A stretch of 64,000 nt of DNA from Selaginella moellendorffii. Lineage: Eukaryota > Plantae > Lycopodiophyta. Shown here piece after piece: positions 22,445-35,700 of the stretch (position 1 is its first letter; every line of letters begins with the position of its first letter). The stretch lies in NCBI RefSeq assembly GCF_000143415.4, contig NW_003314297.1:1685880-1749879 (forward strand), in the 5' to 3' direction. The position numbers were made by a program, and so were the translations under genes. The notes below the pieces were generated by a model. The model was not told where the DNA came from and did no database searches. It saw only the letters and a program-made list of their open reading frames with translations.

Positions 22445-23244
22445 TAAGTAGCTGATTGGAGAAACCTATCACGTATGAAAAAGATTGAACTCTGGATGCA
22501 TATGACCGACCTGACTGCCAGATAGCGCAGTTCGTACATGCCATATAACAAACGTTGCATAAGCCTCTTCTAGTTGTGTATCCATCTTTGATTTCTCGTG
22601 CCTCGGGGCAGCCTTCCCTCGGAGCTTCGTCGTTGACTTAGCCTGCGGCATTCAGGAGTGACTATTGGTCGCCCATGAAAGCTTCATGTTGAATGAAGCA
22701 TAACGTGCTGGGGAAAACTGATAACTTAAATTTTCGAAAAGATTTAACCTCTTCTCAATCTCTCTTTTTTTTCTTCTAAGAAGACGAATCAATATATGTC
22801 CACAATTTCTCAAACATTGATTCTTATCTGCTTATGAGCTGCACAAAAGGTGTCCCCATAAATGCATATCATTAGACTTGAAGATATTTTCACGTGAAAA
22901 CCATATGAATCAGTGGGGACAGCAATTGTCCATAAATTATAATTTTTTACATTATTGAATTAAGATCCTTATCCCATCACATCGCTTATCAACTAGACGA
23001 TATAATGTAATAAGGAAAGGTCGATTTAATTAGTGTCATACATTTGCTTGTCTATGCACACCATCTCCTTTGAGATTTATGAAGCATCTGGCTTTCGATT
23101 AAAATGTTTAAGTGATTTAATTTAGCATATCCATGCTTGTGCTCAGAAACTTTAAAATAGCAAGAACACAACTATTCTCATGCACCATTACCACGCCAGC
23201 ATGTGTAATAACAGCTTCGATTGCATCAAGTCCTTTGTATGCGT

Positions 23245-23642
23245 TGATAACACTTAATGTGATGTGCCCACTATCGTCAGAGCTCCAGAAGGCGATGACC
23301 GCAGTTGCACTCATTTGACTACGCCATTCATAGGTTTTCTTCCTCTGTCAATTGTGGCATGGTCACCTGCAAGGAAAACGTTAAGTAAGCTCCAAGTTCT
23401 CACGGGCTGATATACAAACTTCAATTTGCTTAAAAACGGGATAACAAACTCGAATCACAGTGGTGCCTGCTTACTATTTGCCTATTCAAAGTTTATAGCA
23501 GAGCCTCTGCTGAACAAGTTCTCTACTTGGGGATCTCAATTTGCATGTAACATGCCACAATTGAAAAAGAAGAAGAACAGCATAGTCAAATGACTTTATC
23601 TCCTTGTGTGAGCTAGTGGAGCACTCACATTAAGTGTTATCA
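23245..23642. repeat. Degenerate inverted repeat (arms ~23245-23361 and ~23551-23642)
   Basis: Three perfect reverse-complement blocks of 17, 11 and 14 nt in colinear order. Confidence 0.7.
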
Positions 23643-24789
23643 GCCACTTTCAGTCACGTGAAGAATCATGCCTCGCAAACTGTATAGGACACTAAAGGCT
23701 CAAACCAGGACACATCAACAGGTCATGCATCAGTCTATATGACCTCAAGAACCGCCTGAGAAGAATACAGTAACAGCATTGCTAATCGAAGCTAGCTTTG
23801 ATATTTGATTAGAAACTTTAAGAGGCTAGCCATAAAGTGAGAACGCAAATTTGCCAGTCACATAACTACTATTTCTCATGATGGAGTACAAAGCAACATG
23901 TAATGGATTTAATGGATGTAATGGATTTCAAGGATAAGGCCACCCATGGCTTTCCAGATTTTATATATGAAACACAAGGTGATAGAAATAAAAACTTTCG
24001 AAATGAGAAAACTACATAGGTTGCAACCGAATTTAAAAAAGAACCTTCATTGTGTCCACCAAAGTCTACCAGGTTGATGCTTAAGGGAGCTTAGTACAAG
24101 CAAAACGGAGAACTCAACACTGAGGCCAAGAATGTCTTTTTCTCTTTGTCTTCTGAAATTTAGCTAATATGAGCTAGCAAAAGTTGTTGTCTTCTCCAAT
24201 GCAGGGATGTTGAAAAGCAGCAGTAGCATCTACAAGTTTTCCAGTCCAATATGTGAGACAATGGATATAATATGTTCAGTATTCATGTGCAATTGAAATT
24301 AACTGTTTATTTCTTTGAAAAGTCTGTGTGTTGCTAAATTCAGAAAAAAATTAAAATAACAGTAATCAGCATCTCCCTAAGTGAACCAGTCCCACCTATG
24401 CATTATGAATTAAGCTTTGTAGCTATTTATATCTTAGTAATGATATACCCCAATATAAATTACGCCCAATACGCCCAATACGCCCAATACAAAAAGAGTG
24501 GCTTGATTTCAAACTTGTGTGGAAGCCTCTTGCTCCGTTTTTTGCTCGAGATAGCAGACTCGTCGGCTTCGACAGAGTATGTCAAGGCCTCGTTCTCCTG
24601 CGAGAAAATCCTGCTAGAGAAGCTTTGTGACAAAGTTGGAGGTCTGGAAGAGTCACTGGATTCCTCGGAACCAACCCCAGTGCCACCTCCAGCTGCAAGC
24701 ATAAGAGCCGAGGAGTCCCAGACAGGCAACTATAGGACAGGCAGTTGGACAACGATTGTGTTCGTGGACATCCTATCAGCTTAGTCCCC

Positions 24790-25400
24790 TCCTACCTTGC
24801 CAACTTCAAGCCAGTTTGGCCGCAATAGTCTCCAAACAACCTTCTTGCTGCATCAACACAAAGAGTTCCAAAGCTACCATTGGTTTCTTGACCTGGACGT
24901 CTTCTAGGATGATTGCCATAGACACCACATTGTAACATGGAATCCTGTCAAAGACTCCACAAGCATTCACCAAGCTCCCACACTTGACATACATATCCAC
25001 CAAGCTAACTTGCCACGAAGATGTCTTCTTCCAATCCATTCTTCGCAGCCAGGTAATGGATTTCTGTCCCCTTCTCTAAGCAGCTCTTTCTCAAGCTCTC
25101 ACAATCCTGCCAGATTCCTGTAGGCCGTAAGCACCATGAGGATAGTCGACCGATCCAGCAAACTGGTGCAGTGCTGGAGCTGCTGGAACAGTCCCAGCAC
25201 AAGCTCGGATTCCCCATTCTGCACGTATCCCAGGATGAGAGCGCTCCAGGAGGTGAGATTCCGGCTGGAAATGGCGTCGAAGACCTGGCATTGGATTGGA
25301 TCGCATTGCCATAGATGATCCTTTCTTGCTGGAGATCCGCGTGCTGCTACATTCCTTCAGCGCCAGAAGCGAGAAGACACTGATAATAACTAAAGCGAGG
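24790..25400 (-). pseudogene. PLS-PPR pseudogene fragment
   Basis: VFDAISSRNLTSWSALILGYVQNGES, GLEEDIFVAS and LVDMYVKCGSLVNACGVFDRIP, interrupted by frameshifts. Confidence 0.8.
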
Positions 25401-26225
25401 GACAGTGTAATCAAATATGTTTTGCTTCTTGATCCACTATCACCCAGCGATGTGGGCGACATCTTGTCTAGCGTCCAGCTGCACGGCCTGCGCTTGCCAG
25501 GCTTGTGAGGGATTAGAGAGCAGCATCTCTCACCGTTCGGCAAGAATTGCGTATTGCAGCCTCTTCGCGCTCTCCTTGCTTCTCACGTGGATGCTACATG
25601 ACCTTACGTGAGAAAATCCCGTGAAGTTCTTGAGTTTGGCGCTGCTTATGTTTGGAGTGAAGTACCAAAGCGACTCTTGGCATTGTGGCAACTGAATGAG
25701 CCTCATCCTTCTCCCCAATGACATTGTGGATGCTGACGGTAAATTATAGTGTTTTTTTTCTTGGATTTACAACCATAACTAGCAAGGAATCCAGCTCTGC
25801 TGGAATATATAGGACATCTGTTACATAGGTGACATGAATCCTAAAGAATTAGTTGTTTTTTTTCATCATCCAGTAGTGATGATGTATATTTTTCAAATCG
25901 TTTGTCTGAAATTCATAATGTCATTTTAGTGTAGAGATTGATAGTTATACCTTGGAGATCATCAATATCCACAAATACTTTTTATGACAATGGAACATTG
26001 TCTTTGTATATACCCTTTCTTTTATTGGTAACAAAAGTAATATAAGCAGATGGTCTCTCATATCCCATATTGTTGCAATTATTATCACTGTATAGGAAGT
26101 TATTACAGAAATTTAAAATTATAGAAAGGATTCTAATCAAAATCTTTTATGTATAACTTGCAAGATGGCAGGGTCAGTAAGGAATCTCTTCTATTCTTTC
26201 ATGGTCTAAATGTTTCTTTCTTCAG

Positions 26226-26540
26226 ATCCTCGAGGAACTTCAAGTGGAAGGTGTTCCGGATTATTTGACTCCTCACAAAGTAGGTTCCTGAATGTTCTTT
26301 CCTTGCTGCTCTACAGTTACCTAGCATGCTAGGTGAAAGTCTGCAAGAATTTACCAGCAACCATCCAGCCTTGAGCATGCTGCTACCAACTCTAAAGGCA
26401 TATACAGTTGGCCAGCTTCTATCTTTGTATGATCACTGGGTCGTGGTGCAGGGATTTATCTGGGGAATCAACTATAGATACATTTATCATATACAAATTC
26501 ATACATATACTTCTTTGATCAATGGGGTGTGAACTCGGCA
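26226..26540 (+). pseudogene. Cytosolic glucose-6-phosphate isomerase C-terminal fragment
   Basis: VPDYLTPHK | [41 protein letters not shown] ... FDQWG(V)ELG. An AT-rich insertion splits INS/FDQWG and there is a frameshift. The rest of the gene is absent. Confidence 0.8.
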
Positions 26541-28090
26541 ATGTAAACTTGGTTAAACCTTGGTTAGGGAGATTGCCATTTCCTTGGCTCACAAGCCATC
26601 TTGACCATTCTCTTTCTTTTGGGTTTACTTGCATGTATGGAATTTCTTAGCTCAATTCTCAACTTTTGAAAAAATTCTTCTTGATCTCATAGGATCCCTT
26701 TATAAGGTCAACATTAACCTCCCCAGCAATTATCCATTAAAGCCTCTCAAGATAATGTGGAAAGGAGGAAGAATTCAAAGATCTTATCTCTCGTTGGAAA
26801 ATGTAGGTGGTGTTTAAAACGTGAATCTATCACTGCAACATTCATCCTAGTGGACATTCTTGAAAACTCTCAAGGAGAATTAAAGTCCAGCTCTTACAAT
26901 TTCCAAAGTTTTGTTGCGATTTGTACATTGCTGGGTGACCCAGATCCTTGTGATTTTTCTCTTTGTTTTTCTTGAACTTATTTCCTTGTAGTTGATCCTT
27001 TGGTGGGAAGTATAACCTGTGAATATTTGTCCAAAATGCTGGTAGCATCTGACCATGTTGTGATCGATGGGGGGCCAAATCTTCTTGGATATGTGCGAAA
27101 CAAATCGAACTTTGTGGACAGCTCTATGGCCTTGTAGTAATGTAGCAAGCTCTCGGGCTTCTCATGCTGTATAAGCTGCAAGACAAGGTCCATCTTTGCA
27201 TTCATTACCAGCTTCTCCACTCCAGGGACTCAGTCATAGGCAGCCATGGTGATCTTCAATTCTTCTCCAGGCAGTCTTTTTGAGTAGTTGATGTGATTGT
27301 GCCACCTTCATCAAGAACAGCAACTTAAACTCAAGAAAGTTCCTTAGAGAAGACCAAAAAAAAAAACAAACCTTAGCACTCGAGCTCTAGGCAAGAGCTC
27401 TCGATGGCACGTTGCAAGCTTTGCTATGGTGGTTATGACAAAAAATAGCAGCCGGGACTGGCCCGGGATGGCAGAAGCTTTATGCCTGGATGTTTGTTAA
27501 GATTAGACACAACATAAACAGTGAGAAACTTCGATTACCATAAGAAGAGGTTTTTGTAGAGAACCAACTCCAGAGTTTCAAAGAGCTCTCTTACACCATC
27601 CTTGAAACAAGTACCACCACCCCCATGGTCTGCAACCACTCAGCATAGTTCCAAAGGAAGCTCAGTCTGGTAAATGTAATAGAAGTTTAACACTCAAACA
27701 TTGTGAAATCCATCTTACTTTACTGTCACTTGTTTGAGGTTGACTGGTGATGGGCATCTGCAATGTTTTTACTTCTTTTGGGATAACAACTTCAAATGGA
27801 TAAGAAAGGCTTACCTTCAAAAGAGCAATGAATTGAGGAGATTTCTTGAAGAAAGTGTGCACAAACTGACAACACATTTGTTGGACCTGATTTAAGACAT
27901 GAGTCAGCTTATGAGTAAACTAATCTTGCTTACCTTGATTGAAAATATCTTATCCGGAAACATGGGATTGATCTGAAGAAGATCATAGGTAAAAGAGTGC
28001 AGAGTAGTGCTAAACATACAAAGAGCAGTGGATTAAATGCAAAGGTTTGGAATTTACAATCACTCATATCTTGCAATGCAATATCGAAAT

Positions 28091-29210
28091 TGTCACGAAT
28101 GTGACTTCGGGTATCGAAAGATACTTGTCAACCAGTCCTTACGGACACTCTTTCTTTACTGCCATGACGGCAGGAGGTCGGTACTGCTAGTTCCCTTTAT
28201 TGGCCCCTCTTGTCCAAGTGTTAGTAAACTGGACTTAGCATCTGCATTTGGCCAGATGAGCATAAGGACGGAATTCCTAAGTGTCTATTTGGCCAGACAT
28301 ACTTGGCCCGGCTTTTTAGTTCTCTTTTGCTCTGTTTTGCACTGGCTTGGAAAAACCCTCGCGTATTGAAACTAGTCCCTCAATATCGCTGGATGATAGC
28401 TTACCGTGTCTGCCAAACACCCTCGCTATCACGCTTAGTCTCATTTCGGTCCCAAATGTTATTTATGAAAAGTGTCTAGGTTTGCTCATTTGGCATGTCT
28501 ACGAAATGTAGAGGTCAGCCTGAACACAATGGTGTTCGTCCCGTGTCCAAATTCACAATCTAAAGTCATTCCATATTTAGTAAGTTTCGAGCTTGTCCCA
28601 GAGACTAACTCCTGGTACTAAGGGTGGCTTGGGGTGAAAGCCCAAAGCGTGTNNNNNNNNNNNNNNNNNNNNNNNNNNNNNNNNNNNNNNNNNNNNNNNN
28701 NNNNNNNNNNNNNNNNNNNNNNNNNNNNNNNNNNNNNNNNNNNNNNNNNNNNNNNNNNNNNNNNNNNNNNNNNNNNNNNNNNNNNNNNNNNNNNNNNNNN
28801 NNNNNNNNNNNNNNNNNNNNNNGCCCCCGCAAAAAACCAAAACTAAAAAAAAATCAAAAGGGGGGGGGGGGGGGGGAGGGGCTGTGGGGGGTTCTAAATG
28901 TATAGTAGGGATAGTGGTTGGAATGCATATCTGACCACCTGAGACATTAGTTTGGCTCCCGCTGGGCTGTGTCGCTCCTTGTTCTGTGTCCGGCTTGGGT
29001 CTAAGCCCAAGCTCCACGCTGCTCTAGTCAATGGGGTACCCTCCTCCTCGCGTTAGGCCACCGGTATGCCAAAATTGTGCCAGACTCCATCTGACACCAT
29101 TTTGCGTGTAGGTGCTAGATACGGGGAGCTGGTGCTCGTGGGATTATACCAGACCCTCGTTTCATAGCGCAACGGGCTTGGAGTTCGGCTCCAAATTCAG
29201 GTGCGCTACA
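28091..29210 (+). repeat. Element A 5' LTR (contains assembly gap)
   Basis: Aligns by eye with 41595-42518 (about 8 mismatches in the first 100 nt) and is followed by the PBS. Confidence 0.9.
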
Positions 29211-29797
29211 TTTGGTATCAAAGAAATTGTCTCAGTGATTCCTATCCAACTTTTGTCGGATTTTCTGACTCAAGTTGCATACGCAGAGACTTTTCTAGTA
29301 GATCCGAAGTGACCTGTGTAGGATTAATTGGATTGCACCATTCGGTAAGAACGTTGTATGCATGTTCAGTTACTGATAGAGGTATGCATACAGCTAGCAG
29401 GATGGTGAAGAGGAACCGTGCTGATGATGCTGAAACCTCTAGACGGGCGAATCGAGAGGAGGAAACTCTTGCTAGAGATGCTGCGGAAGAGGCTGAGGCT
29501 GAGTCAAAAGAGGAAGAGCCAGATGCTACGGCGTTGCAGCGTATGGCTCAGGAAGTTGAGATCGAGAATTTGCGAAGGGAGATTCACAAATTGAAGAAGG
29601 AGAACAAGAAGAGGAAGAAAGAGACTGAGGCAGCTAAACCAGCTAAGCCTAAGCAACTGAACTCCTCTTCAAGTTCTGAAGATGATGAAGTTCTGCAGCC
29701 GCCCCCGGTTGCACGAGTTTCAAAGTTCAAGCCCCCGAAACCACCCAATTTCAGAGGCATGCGGGATTATCAAGTTTTGGAGGATTGGGTCTACGAT

Positions 29798-32700
29798 TAT
29801 AAGCCACAAATTTTTCCTTTCCAATTTGCCAGCTTACCTCGTCTATCCGTCTAACACTGCCTTGGCTTTTGCTAAGTCCCCTTGCCAAGGTTCCCGCTTA
29901 TGGTACCAGCTCCTACTTGGTCCTACTTGGTTTCAGCTACTCATTGCACGAACAAGGGAGTGTTAACCATCCATCCACGGATTCCCAAATCTATCCCAAT
30001 CCCCCTCCCCGGGTTAGACTAGACTTAAGGTTCGGCTACACTCCCTGCATGCACAAGCAGCCAAGCACACCAAGCCTCTAGGTTCCTAACACCCCTTGGT
30101 ACCACAAGACTTGATCATGGGACCCTCTAAATCCCAAGTCTTGGGTGCAACACTTGTTTCAGGACGCCGGGGCGAAACACCGTGGCCTAACGGCCCGGTA
30201 TGGGTACCTCTACCCCCCCACTTCCATCCCAGAGGAAGGTCCAAGCCGTTAGGAAGGGCGAGGATCAATGAGCTGCATGGTACTCAAGTGGGGCACCACT
30301 CCACATGAGCCGGGAGCACCACAGTTGGTTTCCCTTTCAGGAGTGGGAGTTGCTCTTGAGCACTTCCTGGGTGTAAACCACAAATTTTTCCTTTCCAATT
30401 TGCCAGCGGTTTAGGGTCGGGACTTGAACCCAGCTTTGCTTTACTAGGGGGTTGGGACTCAAACCCAACCTCCATAGAATATGTCTACGGATTCAACATC
30501 CCCGCAGGGAGTCGGGCGTAGTTCCCTACGCCTGGTCGACCTAGCTAACCCATGTTAATTAGTTTACCTTTGGCGCGCCTTCGGGTCCCAACATATGCCA
30601 TTGCTCAACTTCTCAAATTGATACTTTAAATTGAACTTTGTATAAGTACATAGAGTTTTACCTTGAAGAAATTCCTCCACTAGATCTCACGCGTTCGCTA
30701 GGTTCTCCTCCGGTTTCTATGTTGCTTCGCAGTGTGGAAATTCTTTCCACTTCACATGGAACTCTCTCACCTTGCATCCTTGTCGCTTGCTCTTGTGTGC
30801 ATTGAGGATGGCCTCGACTTCGTATTCCTCTTCCCCTTGGATAACCTCAGGTAAAGGTTTTACTTGGTCCTTGCGAAGCGGATCCTCAAAATACGGCTTG
30901 AGTAAGTTCACGTGGAACACGGGGTGCATCTTCCCCATCTCTTGAGGAAGTCGGAGACAGTAAGCCACTTTACCGATTTGAGCCTCAATCTCATAAGGCC
31001 CCACGAACGTGCTTAAGGAACTCAAGATCAATTCATTTACAGGAATACATGCATTTTTACCTTTAGGTCAACTTCCGACTGATCCCACTTGGTAGCTTGA
31101 GGTTCTTGGTGTTCAGCCATACCTTCTCCCCAACTTGGAACTCTACATCCCAGCGCTTCTGGTTCGCGTACTTGGTTTGCCTTTGTTGAGCTCGTTCCAA
31201 GGAATCCCTCACTAGATTCCAAATGTTGAGTCTTTCCGCCGTGAATGCCTCCACTGCGGGTAACTCTCCATGATACTCGGCCACGCCAAGTTCCATAGGA
31301 CCTTCAATAACTCACCCATTGATGACTTCCCATGGACTCACCCCGATGCTCGAATGAGGTGAATTGTTATAACACATTTCCACAAGTCCCAAATGACTTA
31401 CCCAATCGGTCTGGTCTCCCGAGACATAATATCGTAAATAATCCTCCAGCTGCCTATTCACCCTTTCCGTTTGTCCGTCTGTCAAGAAGTGTTAGTGCCA
31501 TCAATCTTGACTTAATACCCATTACCTGTCTGCGGGTGATAGGCTGTGCTGAATTTCAACTTGGTGCGATATTGTTCTAGGAGTGTCCTCCAGAACCTAC
31601 TAGTGAAGATCTTATCTCGATCGGAGATAATCTCTTCCGGCCTTCCCCGCACTCGAATCACTTGTTCGAAGAACAGCTTCGCCACACCTTCTGCATCCAT
31701 TTCTGTTGTGGTGGGTATGAAATGTGCCATCTTCGAAAATCGATCCACCACCACGAATATCGCATCGAACCACTCGCTTGAGGGAAGTCCCGTGATGAAG
31801 TCTATTGTAAGACATTTCCACGGACGATCTAGAATTGGGATGCTTTGTAACAAGCCCCCACTAGCCTTAGTCATGGCTTTGACCTGCTGACATGTTGGGC
31901 ATGTCTTTACATAGTCTTGGACGTCCTTGGCCATATCTGGCCAATGGTACTTCCTCTTGAGTAAGCCCATTGTCTTGGGCACTCCGCCGTGTCCCACAAG
32001 AGGTCCGTCATGACACTCTTCTAAGGCTACTTTCCTTAGTTCCCCTTCTGGAACATACACCCTCGTTTGCTTGTAATATATGAGTCTGTTGCGTTCCGCA
32101 TAGCTCGTTTTCTCTTCCGTTTGCAACTCACCTCTCTGGTGAGCTTCTTGTGCCTCTAGATTCCTCAACAACATTTCTTGTGCTAGACCATCGTTCTCAT
32201 ATGCAGTCTGCACATCATCCCAAAAGGTTGCTGTCATGCTAGATATCGCCAATTTCAAGCTCGCTTTTCGACTTAGCGCATCTGCCATGATGTTGCTCTT
32301 CCCAGGCTTGTACAGAATCTCACAATCAAACTTGGCCAAAACATTGGCCCACCGACCTTGTTTTCCCCTCAGGTCGGGTTATGACAATAAGTGTTTCGTT
32401 GCCACATTGTCCGTATAAACCTTGAAGTGTCTCCCAAGGTAGTGTCGCCACTCCTTGAGTGCCTTGACCACCGCAAACAATTCCTTCTCATGGGCAGGCC
32501 ATTTCCGTTGAGCCTTGTCCAACTTCTTCGAGAAGAACACTACTGAATGGTTGTCTTGCTTCAAAACTGCACCCAACGCAAAGTCTGAAACATCCGTTTC
32601 TACCTCAAAGTCCTTACCAAAGTCTGGTAACGCCAACACGGGAGCCTTCCTCAACTTCCCCTTGAGGTGGACGAATGCCGCCTCGCATTGCGCTGTCCAT

Positions 32701-35700
32701 ACCATCTTCCCTTTTCCCGTTTGGTCCATTAAGGGCAGGGCTACTCTCGAATAGTGTTTGATAAACTTTCGATAGTAGTTGCATAGCCCCAGGAATGCCC
32801 TTAACTCGTGTACATTCGATGGTCGCTCCCAATCCTGGATCGCTTGGACCTTCTCGGGGTCCACCTTGAGCCTGTCCTTGCCCACCACATGCCTGAGAAA
32901 CTTTACCTTTTGCTGAGCAAAGTCACATTTGCTCTCTTTAGCATATAGCTGATGTTCCCTTAGTTTCTCAAACACCTTCGTCAAGTGTTTGGCATGCTCC
33001 TCTAGCGTTTCGCTATAGATCAGGATGTTGTCAATATAGACGACCATAAAGTGATCCAGATAAGGTACAAAGATATGGTTTATCAACGCCGAAAACGTTG
33101 CCGGCGCATTGCATAGCCCGAAGGGCATCACCAGAAACTCAAATCTCCCATACCTCGTTTGACAGGTTGTCTTCTCAACATCTTCCTTTGCTACCCTGAT
33201 TTGGTAGTATCCTGACTTTAGGTCAATCCTTGAGAAGTATTTTGCCTTTCCCAACCTATCGAAAAAGTCCTCAATCCTTGGCAAAGGGTAATTGTTCTTC
33301 TTTGTATATTTGTTGAGCAACCGGTAGTCTATGCACATGCACATAGATCCATTTTTCTTTTTCACAAATAGCACCGGTGCCCCATATGGCGACTTGCTCA
33401 ACCTAATATACCCTTTGTCCACCAACTCCTCTAGTTGGCGCTTGAGCTCCGCAAGTTCTTTTTCGTTCAAACGATAGGGGGGACGAACCACCGCCTCAGC
33501 ACCCTTGACCAGCTCAATCTGATGTTCTATCGGTTGTGCGGGGGGCAATCCCGCTAGTAGCTCCTCTGGCATGGTATCCTGGAATTGGTCCAACACCTGC
33601 TGGATCACTAAAGGTACTTATTCCGTTCCAGTCTTTTTGTCACTTCTCACTGAGAGTAAGCACAAAAATGCAGCCTTGGTCTCTTTAGTGAGTTGTCGTC
33701 TTGTGGACACCAAGTTTAGGCATGAATCTTTGGCCTTGCATTGCCCTACCTTTAGATCTTGGGCCTCCACCCTGGATCTTCTTCCTTGGGCATTCGCTAG
33801 TACCACAAGGTTCCTACCTTGTCCATGTAGGGCTACCACAAATTGATTAAATTAATCCATCCCAAAGATCACGTCAAATCCCGCCATGTCCAACATGATG
33901 AAGTCCATGTCTACCTTCCAAGTCCCTACTTCAACTCTCGCTTGTCGAAGTACCTCATCGGTGCTTTGGCTACCTTGAACAAACTCTATAGTCCTTGGTT
34001 CGCCTAGCCGTTGCACCGTTAGTCCGGCTTGCCGGACTATGTCTGCAGCCACAAAATTATCCGAAGCACCCGTGTCAATAAGGATCTTAACAAAGCTACC
34101 CCCGAGCTTCCCTCGGGTGGCTAGTAGATGTCGCGAACGACTCTCTACCAAAGTTGCTCGTGTAATGAATAACTTTGAGCTAGGGACTAGATCACATATC
34201 TCAATTTGGACTTCACTCAACTTAATGGCCATATTGGCTCTGGCCTTTTTCGGGTAGGGACATTCCCTTGAAAAGTGTCCCGCTTCACCGCAGTTGTAGC
34301 ATACGTTGTTTCCCACGCTGATAAATGACTTGACCTTATTATCCGTGGGTTTGTCTCTTTTTGCTTGACTCCCCCATGTACTTGCTCGCTAACCACCGGA
34401 TTTGCCCTTCTGGAACCCCGAGGACTTATTCTTAGAGAAACTCTTCTTGAATTTCCCTTTTCTATATGTTCCCCTTGGTTTGGCCCCTTTGCTAAATGTG
34501 GATCCCGACCCCGTCGCATTCCCCTTTCGCAGGTTATCATTGAAATGCACCTTGATGGCCGTATCCAACACTTCCTTGTAGTTGGTCGGGTTCCAGCGCA
34601 TCACCTCACCGCGAGCCTAGGTTTGCAAACCTGATATGAAGGCATGGAACGCATCCATATCCCCCATGTCCATGACAAGTATCCTCTTTGCCATGAACCC
34701 ATTCACATACTCTTGGATGGTTCCAGTTTGCTTCAGCTTACTCAACTCATATCTTAGATGTAGAGTGGCATTCGGAGGAACGTATGTTGTGCGGATCCTC
34801 GCCTTCATCATGTCCGAAGTGGCCATCGGTCCTTCGTTGGCCTCCGTCGTTCTCCACCAAAACTTGGCATTATCTGCCAAGTATGGTTTTGCATATGGGA
34901 CCTTCTCCGAGCTTGGTAATCGCAATGCTCGGAAGTAGTCCTCTATATCGTAAAACCAATCCTCCACCACCTTATAGTCATTCACTCCCTTGAAGACCGG
35001 TGGGGGCTTTGGTTTGTACTTGGGGACTGCCTGAGGGACTGATTCTACTTCGGTCTATTCGACCTTGTTCGGTTCTGCCTCAGTCCCTGTCGAAGGGTCC
35101 ACACCTTCTACGCTGCCAGCATCCGCAGTCTTTCTCTTTTTCTTCCGCTTCTCGTCACACTTTAGCTTGCGTACGAGAGTCTCCAGCAGGGCATTGGTCT
35201 GTGCCAACTGTCCTTCTAGCACGTCCAATCGAGCCTTGGACGACCGAACCTCGCCACCGGACTCCTGTTTGGAAGTTTTCTCACTAGAGTCCTCCTCATG
35301 CAAGGATTCCTCATCCATAGCCTCTCGTTCAAGCGGAGGCTCCAGCTCTGGAGGAGGTTCCGTCTCCGCCTTGGTTTGCTTTCGCCCTGCCTTTGCCATC
35401 TCCCAGCAATCCACCTCTATCCTTCGCTAGAACTGAGGAAAAGGCTCCGATACCAAATTGTAAGCCACAAATTTTTCCTTTCCAATTTGCCAACTTACCT
35501 CGTCTATCTGACCAACATTGCCTTGGCTTTTGCTAAGTTCCCTTGCCAAGGTTCTCGCCTATGGTACCAGCTCTTACTTTGTCCTACTTGGTTTCAGCTA
35601 CTCACTACACGAGCAACAGAGTGTTAGCCATCCATCCACGGATTTCCAAATCTCTCCCAATCCCCCTCCTTGGGTTAGACTGGACTTAAGGTTTGGCTAC

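Noticed and set aside
24461-24490. (TACGCCCAA)x3
   Set aside because: Trivial slippage repeat.
26600-27400. Short minus-strand ORFs (also 42519-43500)
   Set aside because: Probably decayed coding sequence but unidentifiable without a search.
28086-28090. TSD for element A
   Set aside because: Left flank GAAAT does not match right flank AAAAA.
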